Under the pieces are notes generated by a model, which was not told where the DNA came from, did no database searches, and saw nothing but the letters and a program-made list of their open reading frames with translations. From positions 1-15,228 of the forward strand of contig JAWOBU010000111.1 of NCBI GenBank assembly GCA_046484135.1: a stretch of 15,228 bases of DNA, in the 5' to 3' direction. This DNA is from a bacterium. GTDB lineage: Bacteria; RBG-13-61-14; DATKZS01. Below, piece after piece: positions 8,373-15,228 of the stretch. Within the stretch, counting starts at the first letter, position 1; the number at the start of each line of letters is the position of its first letter. Both the position numbers and the translations under genes were made by a program.

Positions 8373-10199
8373 TTAGTGTTCCGGGTTTTTCTTTTCTTCA
8401 TTACCTTTATCGGTAAGCTCCGGCAGCCTTTGACGGGGAAAGACAAGCCGGAAAGTCGAACCTTTGCCTTCCTGCGAGTCGAGCTCGACCTTTCCTCCGT
8501 GCTCCTGGGCGATGCGCTTGGTCACCAGCAGTCCGAGGCCGGTACCTTTTGAGGTGCCCTTGGTGGAAAAGAAGGTGGTGAAGACCTTTTTCTTGACCTC
8601 GTAGTCCATGCCGGTCCCGTTGTCTGCGACCTCGAAGTAAAGGGTCCCGTTTTCCTCGAAGGTCTTGAGTCGTATCTCGCAGTCCTTTTTATCGCTCATC
8701 TCGCAGGCGTCCACTGCATTGGACACCAGGTTCACAAGGCAGTTGTGAATGCCGTCTGCGTCCAGGTTGGCCTCTCCAATGCCCGGCTGAAAGTCGCTGG
8801 TGAAGCGGATGCCGAGCTGTTCGGTCTTGTCTCGAAACAGCTCCTCTACTTCCCTTGCGACCTTATTGGGGTCGGTCCTCTCTACGTTCGGCTCTCTACC
8901 GCGGGCGAACCCCAGGAAGTCCTTGACATAGGTGGTTATCCTTTCGATGTTGTTCTGGAGCATGTTCCATCCCTTTTGGGTGAGCTCCATGTCGTTTTTC
9001 TTCATGCCGGAGTTGACCACGTACATGCCGCCCTCGAGGCCGGTGAGCACGTTCTTGATGCCGTGGGCCAGCCCCGCCACTGTCTGTCCCACCGCTGCCA
9101 TTCTCTCCGCTTCCAGCTTTTCGTGTTCGAGCTGTTTCCTCTGCCGAAGGTCCTGGAGCACCGCGGAGCTCCCCAAATAGTGTCCGCCGCTCTTGAGCAC
9201 GGTCCCGGAGAACCGGACCGGGACCTGCTCTCCGTTGGCGTCGGTCAAGTAAGTTTCCCTGAGAAGCAGGCTCTCGCCGTCTTTGGCGATGATGTCAATG
9301 AACTGCTTGGGCACGAACTGGTCGAGGATGTTTTTCCCCATGACCTCGCGGGCGCTTCTCTGGAAGAGTTTTTCCGCCTGAGGGTTGAATATATTTATTT
9401 TTCCTTCGGAGTCCACAGCCACGATGGCGTCAATTGCCGAGTTGATGAGGTTTTCCTGGAAGTCGAAGGCTTGTTTGAGCTGCTGTTCGAGTACCTTGGT
9501 CTCGGTCATGTCGAGCGCCATCTCGATAACGTGGGACGGCTCGGCCCCTCCCCTGCTCAACGGCGCGGTGTTGACGTAGTAATAGACGGTCCTTCCCGTC
9601 TTGTCCTTGCCGGTTTTATAGGCGGTGTGCACGTCTCCGTCGCTAAAGGTCTGCATGGCCGGGCAGTCACGGCACGGCTCATCCGCGTGCTGGTAGATTT
9701 GATAGCACTTTTTACCGAGGGCCTCCCCGAAGCGCTTTCTGAAGAGCTCGTTGTTTCTGACCACGGTCATGTCGCGGTCCAGCACGGAGATGTAGCAGGG
9801 TACGCGGTCAAAGATGATGTCGTGCTCCTGCTGCATCATCCTCTGCTGGGTCACGTCGTTGGACATCTCGATAACGTAGGGTATTACTCCGCCTTCGCCC
9901 TGGACCGGCTCGACGTGGACCACGTAATAAGAGGGCTTTCCGTTTTTGTCTACCCCTTCCTCCTCGTTGACTCGCGGCTGTCCGTCCTGGAAGGTCTGGT
10001 AGGCCACGCAGTTCAGGCAGGGGGACGAGCGGCGTTTGTAGACCTCGAAGCAGTGCTTGTCCCTCCACTCGCCATAGGCGTTCTCGAACCTCTGGTTGGC
10101 CTCGACTATCTTGAACTGCCGGTCAATGATGGCAATATTGGTCGGGACCTTTTCCATGAGCTCGGTATGGAGCCAGTTTTTCAGTTCGACCTGGTCCAT
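8373..10199 (-). CDS. Cytoplasmic triple-PAS sensor histidine kinase
   Basis: 608 aa with no transmembrane segment and three PAS-like repeats. H-box GLAHGIKN, N-box NLVSNAVDA, G1 DNGTGM, F-box FTTFFSTK, G2 GTGLGL. Confidence 0.95.
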   Translation of the reverse strand: MDQVELKNWLHTELMEKVPTNIAIIDRQFKIVEANQRFENAYGEWRDKHCFEVYKRRSSPCLNCVAYQTFQDGQPRVNEEEGVDKNGKPSYYVVHVEPVQGEGGVIPYVIEMSNDVTQQRMMQQEHDIIFDRVPCYISVLDRDMTVVRNNELFRKRFGEALGKKCYQIYQHADEPCRDCPAMQTFSDGDVHTAYKTGKDKTGRTVYYYVNTAPLSRGGAEPSHVIEMALDMTETKVLEQQLKQAFDFQENLINSAIDAIVAVDSEGKINIFNPQAEKLFQRSAREVMGKNILDQFVPKQFIDIIAKDGESLLLRETYLTDANGEQVPVRFSGTVLKSGGHYLGSSAVLQDLRQRKQLEHEKLEAERMAAVGQTVAGLAHGIKNVLTGLEGGMYVVNSGMKKNDMELTQKGWNMLQNNIERITTYVKDFLGFARGREPNVERTDPNKVAREVEELFRDKTEQLGIRFTSDFQPGIGEANLDADGIHNCLVNLVSNAVDACEMSDKKDCEIRLKTFEENGTLYFEVADNGTGMDYEVKKKVFTTFFSTKGTSKGTGLGLLVTKRIAQEHGGKVELDSQEGKGSTFRLVFPRQRLPELTDKGNEEKKNPEH

Positions 10200-10206
10200 G
10201 TTTCGG

Positions 10207-10629
10207 CTACTCCAGGTTCTGTCTAACCGCGCTTAAAAAGCTCGGGATGTTAAGCGGCTTCTCCAGGTAGACCTCGGGCTCGGGCACCTCACGGTCGGGG
10301 ACCAGCTTGCGAAAGCCTTTGCCGGTGAAGTCCTTGCTGGTGCTGAAGGCGCTTATGAAAATAGTCGGCACGTCTTTATAAAGGGGGTCGAGCTTGAGAT
10401 TCCTGTACAAGGCGATCCCCGACTGCTTAGGCATCATGATGTCCAGGCAGAAAAGATCGGGCTTGTCCTCTCGGAGCTTTTCCCATGCCTCCTCCGCGCT
10501 CCGGGCCTTGATCACCCGGTAGCCCTGGTCCGCGAGGAGCGTCTCCAGGTAAAGAAGAATGTCCGGCTCGTCATCAACTATCATGATGCTCTTTTTTTCT
10601 TCCTCGTTCGTTTCTTTCCCGCCTTCCAT
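10207..10629 (-). CDS. Single-domain response regulator (receiver only)
   Basis: IMIVDDE, LDIMMP, ISA and EKP motifs. The track ORF starts at 10653; ATG 10629 behind AAGGA is the more likely start. Confidence 0.93.
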   Translation of the reverse strand: MEGGKETNEEEKKSIMIVDDEPDILLYLETLLADQGYRVIKARSAEEAWEKLREDKPDLFCLDIMMPKQSGIALYRNLKLDPLYKDVPTIFISAFSTSKDFTGKGFRKLVPDREVPEPEVYLEKPLNIPSFLSAVRQNLE

Positions 10630-10684
10630 ATCAAACGCATCCTTCAACAACACGAGTTTCCGGTATCAAAAAGCCCCTTGTCAA

Positions 10685-12301
10685 CTAGTGCATCTCCCAC
10701 TCGATGAATCCCGGCTTCACGTCGGTCATGGCGTTCACGATGAGCTCGACCAGCCCTCCATAGAGTATACCGGTTTTGTTCCACACGTCATAGTAGTTAA
10801 ACATGTCCCTTATCTGGCCCTTGCAGTTCGAACAGGGCGCGCACACGTACTTGTGTATGGACGGGTCTATCTGGTCCTGGAAGGCGTTCAGTATCTGGGA
10901 GAGCTTCTTTCTTCCGGAAATGAAGGACCTCCAGTCGTTGAAGTTGTGGCCGGACATGATGGCAAAGCCGGAGCCTCCTCCGCAGCAGTAGTTCTCGACC
11001 CCGTGGGGCGTCATCTCGCGGAACTGTGGGCAGATATGGCGGAGGATTTTCCTTTGCGGCTCGACGATCCCCATCGCCCTGACCATGTTGCAGGGGTCGT
11101 GCAGGGTTACCGGAAAGTCGTTTCTTGTCGGGTCGAGCTTTATCTTGCCGGAGAACACGATGTCCTGGAGAATGGCCATGGCGCTCTCGCGGGGCACTTG
11201 CAGCTCGCCGGGCAGGACCCGGTCGGCGATCACGGTAAGCGCCTTGTGTGCGTGGCCGCACTCTCCGAGCACGATCTTTTTCACCCCCAGCTTCTTGGCG
11301 GCCTGGGCGTGTTTGATGGCCACCTTGGCCAGCATGAAGTCGTCGTAGAAAAGACCGTAGTTGATGTTGTCGTAGCCCAAGGCCTCCTGGGCCTCGCTGG
11401 ACATGGTCCAGGAGATGCCGGCCGCGTTGAAGATAGTGGCGAACGCGCCGTGGTTCTCCGGCCAGGCCATGATCTCGCCCGCGTTGTGGATAAGAAGGAC
11501 CTCGGCGCCCTGCTTGTCCCACGGCGTCTCGATAGTCATGCCGGTCATCTCCGAGGTGTCCTCGTCTATGAACTCGATGTTGTCCTTGACTATCTCCGGG
11601 TTCATGCCGGTGGACGACCCCACCCGGAGCTGGAGCATGGACCCCTTCTCGTGCAGCTCCTTGGGAGCGATGCCCATCTCCTGGCTGAATATCTTTCGGA
11701 GCTCGTGCGCGATAAGCCCGTTGTCCACTCCGATGGGGCAGGTCTGCGCGCATCTGCGGCACAGGTTGCAACGGTAGGCGAGCTCCGCCAGCCGGGCCAC
11801 CGTCGTCCAGTTCAGATCAATGTCCCCGTACCTCCACTTGCCGAAAAACCGGCCGCCCGGCTTCAGGTACTTGTAGTAAAGCCGGCGGAGGATGTCCGAG
11901 CGGTAGGTGGGGCGGTAAAGCTCGTTCTCTCCGCTGGCCTCGAAGACGTGGCAGGCCTCGGCGCAGGTCTGGCACTTGGCGCAGTGCTCCATGGACAGCA
12001 CCAGCGGCTGGAGGAACGTCCAGTTGTTCTCTTTGGAAAACAGCTTCTCCAGGCCGGAGAGAAACTTCTTGACCAGCTCCTCTTCCTCTTCCTTGGTCTC
12101 CGGCTTGGGTATGGACAGCGCGATGGTGTCGTCCAGCGAGCACTCGTACGATTCCTTGGCCTTGTCCGTAAGCTCCTTCCACTTCGGCAGGTTCTCCGGC
12201 CTGTCGTAAGGCGGAGGCAAAGGCGGCAGGTTCTCGAAATCCAGCCCGGAGAGCTTGTCTTCCTTTTTACTTATGTCCGATACCTTGAGATTGTCCTTCA
12301 T
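10685..12301 (-). CDS. dsrK: DsrK-like (HdrD-related) Fe-S/CCG-domain protein
   Basis: 538 aa with two ferredoxin motifs (CAKCQTCAEAC, CNLCRRCAQTCP), GECGH, and one intact CCG cluster motif HDPC...CCGGG...CSNC. It starts 1 nt after the stop of the DsrM-like gene. Confidence 0.85.
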   Translation of the reverse strand: MKDNLKVSDISKKEDKLSGLDFENLPPLPPPYDRPENLPKWKELTDKAKESYECSLDDTIALSIPKPETKEEEEELVKKFLSGLEKLFSKENNWTFLQPLVLSMEHCAKCQTCAEACHVFEASGENELYRPTYRSDILRRLYYKYLKPGGRFFGKWRYGDIDLNWTTVARLAELAYRCNLCRRCAQTCPIGVDNGLIAHELRKIFSQEMGIAPKELHEKGSMLQLRVGSSTGMNPEIVKDNIEFIDEDTSEMTGMTIETPWDKQGAEVLLIHNAGEIMAWPENHGAFATIFNAAGISWTMSSEAQEALGYDNINYGLFYDDFMLAKVAIKHAQAAKKLGVKKIVLGECGHAHKALTVIADRVLPGELQVPRESAMAILQDIVFSGKIKLDPTRNDFPVTLHDPCNMVRAMGIVEPQRKILRHICPQFREMTPHGVENYCCGGGSGFAIMSGHNFNDWRSFISGRKKLSQILNAFQDQIDPSIHKYVCAPCSNCKGQIRDMFNYYDVWNKTGILYGGLVELIVNAMTDVKPGFIEWEMH

Positions 12302-12302
12302 T

Positions 12303-13253
12303 TTACTCGATCTCCTCCGTGGCTATGTCTACCCAGTTCTTCTTGCCGTCCGCGTTTATATGAGAGGCCGACCACGTCACCGGATAGGTGCAGGAGTGGG
12401 CCACTTTCCTCTCCACCGTGCCGCCCGCCACGTTGGGCTCGTCGTCCCACCTCACCTTGTGATACGTGAACCACTTCATGAAAAAGTGAGACATGTGGGT
12501 CATGGGAATGTAAGCGATAAGCAAGACCGTGAGTATGATCTCGATCAAGAGCACGGGATGAGCGGGCGCCTGCCCGAGATCGAACACGATAAGGCTCTGG
12601 ATGAAAGAGCGGGTGGCCACGAACCCCGGGTCCACGCCGAGCATCACGATCCAGCCCAGGACCAGCACCACCATGAAGAAAACCAGGTTAAAGATATGGC
12701 TTACGCTGGTGCAGTTTCTCATCACCCGATCGGTAAGCCGGATTTGAAGAAGACCCAGCACACCCAATGTGGCCAGACCCAACCCGGCAACCGCAGCGAT
12801 CATGGTCAGATAGTAAATCACCACTCCCACCCCCAGGCTCTTTCCAGCCACCAGCGGGCCCACGTAAACCGGGTCGGGAAGAAGCTCGAGCGCCGATCCT
12901 ATAATAAGAAGACCCAGAAAACCCGCCAGGATGTAAAGCCCGAAATGAAAAGGAAAGGACCGGTACCACATCTTCCGGTTGTGCTCGAAAAGCGCCACCA
13001 AAAGCGTCATCTCCGGTATCATGTACTTGAGCTCGCCCATAAAAGACGTCTTGCGCGGCTTCTCCCACCAGTTGATCTCCTCCAGCGCCGAACCGCCGTA
13101 CTTGGCCCGGCCCGGCTCATGCGCAACCGGGTAAAGCTCCCACCGAAGATGAAGAGGCATCCGCCAGATGCGGTATCCACGGTAAGCAAGGACCAACACG
13201 AACGCGGCAATCGCCGCATACACCAAAAGGTGAATTATTACTCCCGGAACCAT
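12303..13253 (-). CDS. dsrM: DsrM-like / NarI-family membrane b-type cytochrome
   Basis: 316 aa with five hydrophobic helices. Motifs LRWELYPV.HE, FPFHFGLY and YIPMTHMSHFF..FTYH..RWDD; AAGGAGG RBS; adjacent to the DsrK-like gene. Confidence 0.85.
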   Translation of the reverse strand: MVPGVIIHLLVYAAIAAFVLVLAYRGYRIWRMPLHLRWELYPVAHEPGRAKYGGSALEEINWWEKPRKTSFMGELKYMIPEMTLLVALFEHNRKMWYRSFPFHFGLYILAGFLGLLIIGSALELLPDPVYVGPLVAGKSLGVGVVIYYLTMIAAVAGLGLATLGVLGLLQIRLTDRVMRNCTSVSHIFNLVFFMVVLVLGWIVMLGVDPGFVATRSFIQSLIVFDLGQAPAHPVLLIEIILTVLLIAYIPMTHMSHFFMKWFTYHKVRWDDEPNVAGGTVERKVAHSCTYPVTWSASHINADGKKNWVDIATEEIE

Positions 13254-13276
13254 GCAACTCCTCCTTCATATCTATT

Positions 13277-13305
13277 TGCCGCGAAAGCGAAAACCGCTTT
13301 CGGCA
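13277..13305. other. Intercistronic hairpin between rrf2 and dsrM
   Basis: TGCC-gc-GAAAGCG-aaaac-CGCTTTC-GGCA. No U-tract follows on the minus strand. Confidence 0.55.
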
Positions 13306-13325
13306 GCTCCATCCTTGTATAAACC

Positions 13326-13778
13326 TCAGCAGGAAAGAATCGCATCCTTGTTCTCCGCAAGCGACTCCCGCATCCTCTCTTCAGAAAGGTCCTCCAGGTT
13401 GTAATCGTAAAGAACGTCTGTGATCCGCGTATTGATAAGACCCCACATCCGACGTGAACCGCACACATCCTTGAACTGGCAGGGGGTCTCAGCGTCCAGG
13501 CAGTCCAGAAGACGGATCGGACCTACCGAGGCCTCCACTATCTCGCCGACCTTGATGTCCCCCGCAGGACGGGCCAGGTAGTAACCACCGTGCTTGCCCG
13601 ACACGCTCTTTATAAGCGATGCCGCCTTCAACGGGACCGCGAGCTGTTCCAGGTAACGCATGGAAAGGTCCTGGTGCCTAGCGATCTCGTTCAAGCCGAT
13701 GGGGCGGTCATCGTCCGCATGGTCGGCAAGGTAAACCATGAGTCGGATAGAGTACCTGGCCCGGGTGGATATCTTCAT
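13326..13778 (-). CDS. Rrf2-family (IscR/CymR-like) transcriptional regulator with three Fe-S-type Cys
   Basis: MKISTRARY..R, wHTH EIA..QDLS.RYLEQL, wing SVSGKHGGYYLAR, and C93-x6-C100-x5-C106. Confidence 0.96.
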   Translation of the reverse strand: MKISTRARYSIRLMVYLADHADDDRPIGLNEIARHQDLSMRYLEQLAVPLKAASLIKSVSGKHGGYYLARPAGDIKVGEIVEASVGPIRLLDCLDAETPCQFKDVCGSRRMWGLINTRITDVLYDYNLEDLSEERMRESLAENKDAILSC

Positions 13779-13816
13779 TCTTTCATTTACTCCTGTTCAC
13801 TACCGGATTCCCTTGA

Positions 13817-13839
13817 AGTCCGAGTAATCCGATAGGACT
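13817..13839. promoter_or_regulatory. Rrf2-type operator (autoregulatory site)
   Basis: Imperfect palindrome AGTCCgAgtaatccgaTaGGACT about 40 bp upstream of the rrf2 start. It resembles IscR/CymR-type boxes and covers the expected transcription start region. Confidence 0.75.
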
Positions 13840-13845
13840 ATTATC

Positions 13846-13874
13846 TATTTAAACCCAATTCCATCATTTGTCAA
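13846..13874 (-). promoter_or_regulatory. Putative sigma70 promoter of the rrf2-dsrMK operon
   Basis: Perfect TTGACA (13874-13869) with an upstream T-rich UP-like tract. The -10 is imperfect (TTAAAT at 16-bp or TAAATA at 17-bp spacing). Confidence 0.55.
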
Positions 13875-13980
13875 GAAAAAAATGAAAACAAAAACACGAA
13901 AAATTGCCGGCCCAGCAACGGGAAAAAGAGGAAAGCCGTAAATTTCAACCAATAATCAAGAGGTTGGAAGGGACGCCCCC

Positions 13981-14644
13981 ATGCCGGATAAGCCGACAAC
14001 CGCGGGCGGCTACAGGAGAGAGCAGGAGGCTCCTGGATGTGCCGGCTTTAGATCGCGGCGGGACGAGGTTGGCATCGAGATAATTTTTCGCATTGTTTAC
14101 GATAAGTTAGAGGTCGCAGCGCCGGATTTCTGCCGGGAGTTCGATGTCGAGGTAACATTAAAATCGCCTCAAAATGCACCGGTTAACAACTCATTCAAAC
14201 CGGCCTTGGCAGGAGACAATGGTGGGAACGGGGGCTTGAAACGCCGCGTGCAATCCGACCAGGTGGTCCACGCCCTGCCTGCGCCGCAGGCGCGGCAGGC
14301 AGGCGTATCGCCCAACCAAGTCAAAAAGAAACCGCCCAAAACACCAAAGGAGCCTCGTATCAAGGAGCTACTTCTCCAGGCCCGGAGATGGCGGCATCTC
14401 CTCGACACCGGCCAGGTTCCTTCCCAGGCGGCCATCGCCCGGCTGGAAGGCATCACCAGGGGCCGCATCACCCAGATCATGTCGCTTCGTAAGATTACCC
14501 CCCCCAACAATCCAGCGCCGGATACTGGAGATGCCCAAATCCGCCAGACGGCCTCATATCACCGAACGGGCACTCCGGCACATCACTCTGATTGAAAATT
14601 CAAAAGGACAACTGGACGCGTTCCAGGAGATTGCCGAGAGGTAG
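13981..14644 (+). pseudogene. Frameshifted HTH protein of the type found beside serine recombinases in integrative elements
   Basis: The first frame gives PRIKELLLQARRWRHLLDTGQVPSQAAIARLEGITRGRITQIMSL. After the C8 run (14498-14505) the +1 frame continues PTIQRRILEMPKSARRPHITERALRHITLIENSKGQLDAFQEIAER-stop (14644), completing the usual family pattern. The true start is uncertain (possibly TTG 14236). Confidence 0.7.
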
Positions 14645-14647
14645 CAA

Positions 14648-15169
14648 CTATCCAACCTTGATAACTTTGATCCCCGCTCGTTTCAGCACTTCTCCGGTGA
14701 CTCCTTCGCGATCGCAGGACGGACTCCCGCTTTTCAGGTAGGCCCTTTGGGCTCCTACGATTTCGGCCAACTCCAATGTATACTTGGCGCCGTTGACATG
14801 GTGCTCGGTTGTGTCTTCGCCGGTTTCCGGGACGATGATTCTGAGTCCCTCGTCCAGAACCTGGGCGCCGGTTCCATTCAGGTACTCACCGGTTCGGGGG
14901 GTTGGCATGCCCCCGAGCTGCTCGGGGCAGACCGGGACCAGGACGTATTTCTTTTTCAACTTCTCAATTAGTTTTTCCCTCTTCTTGGCTCTCTGGCCGT
15001 GCCAGCGACAAGGTATGCCGAGAAAGCAGGCGCTGACCAGGACCGGCTCTTTATAGGCCCGTAAGTCGTAATCCGGGAAGAGTGAATTCCTGTTTTCTTG
15101 ATCGTGTTCATCCATAGCTAATTGTCGTTCAGTGTACTTTGCCTCAGGATGTCGGCTGAAGGCTCCCAA
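14648..15169 (-). CDS. DUF523 family protein (2-thiouracil desulfidase TudS-like, Fe-S)
   Basis: VLVSACFLGIPCRWHG, VPVCPEQLGGMPTPR, LKSGSPSC and GVT motifs. The start is uncertain; ATG 15115 (MDEHDQ) is plausible. Confidence 0.9.
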   Translation of the reverse strand: MGAFSRHPEAKYTERQLAMDEHDQENRNSLFPDYDLRAYKEPVLVSACFLGIPCRWHGQRAKKREKLIEKLKKKYVLVPVCPEQLGGMPTPRTGEYLNGTGAQVLDEGLRIIVPETGEDTTEHHVNGAKYTLELAEIVGAQRAYLKSGSPSCDREGVTGEVLKRAGIKVIKVG

Positions 15170-15228
15170 AGGCCGAGTCGACCCTTGCAGGGGATAAACT
15201 CAACCGGCTTTGCGTTTTTCAAAACCCA

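Noticed and set aside
8745..12469. Long plus-strand ORFs (493 aa at 8745-10226 and 636 aa at 10559-12469)
   Set aside because: They are antisense shadows of the kinase and DsrK genes, as expected from GC-biased codon usage, and have no recognisable motifs.
13775..13786. Mini-ORF ATG AAA GAA TGA overlapping the rrf2 start codon
   Set aside because: It is only 3 nt from the AGGAG RBS, so initiation is unlikely and it is easily due to chance.
13944..13969. Imperfect inverted repeat TTCAACC...GGTTGGAA as a possible element boundary
   Set aside because: No tRNA fragment, matching second end or direct repeat was found.
15168..15214. Hairpin with ACGCAAAGCC on the minus strand, reminiscent of a c-di-GMP-I riboswitch
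   Set aside because: The tetraloop-receptor and P1 consensus elements are missing, and the context is cut off by the window edge.
1..15228. CRISPR array, tRNA or rRNA genes
   Set aside because: No regularly spaced repeats, cloverleaf motifs or rRNA-like sequence were seen.

Overview
GC-rich bacterial DNA, probably from an anaerobe (Desulfobacterota-like gene content; this is an inference). From left to right it holds: (1) a minus-strand SEC-C motif protein that runs off the left edge and is missing from the ORF track. (2) An ~830-bp intergenic region with REP-like hairpins and a 322-bp non-autonomous element (1241-1562; 24-bp terminal inverted repeats, near-perfect 8-bp target duplication) that appears to carry a promoter and a highly structured ~110-nt RNA-like segment. 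(3) A secreted PHP-domain CehA/McbA-type metallohydrolase and a convergent GH38 alpha-mannosidase-like enzyme. (4) A truncated hicB fragment. (5) A compact minus-strand operon, Rrf2 regulator - DsrM-like - DsrK-like - receiver - triple-PAS histidine kinase - receiver - receiver, preceded by an Rrf2-type operator. (6) A frameshifted recombinase-associated HTH gene remnant and a DUF523/TudS-like Fe-S protein. The best leads are the stand-alone DsrMK module fused to a possible redox-sensing phosphorelay, whose DsrM lacks the distal-heme His positions, and the MITE with a candidate structured RNA.
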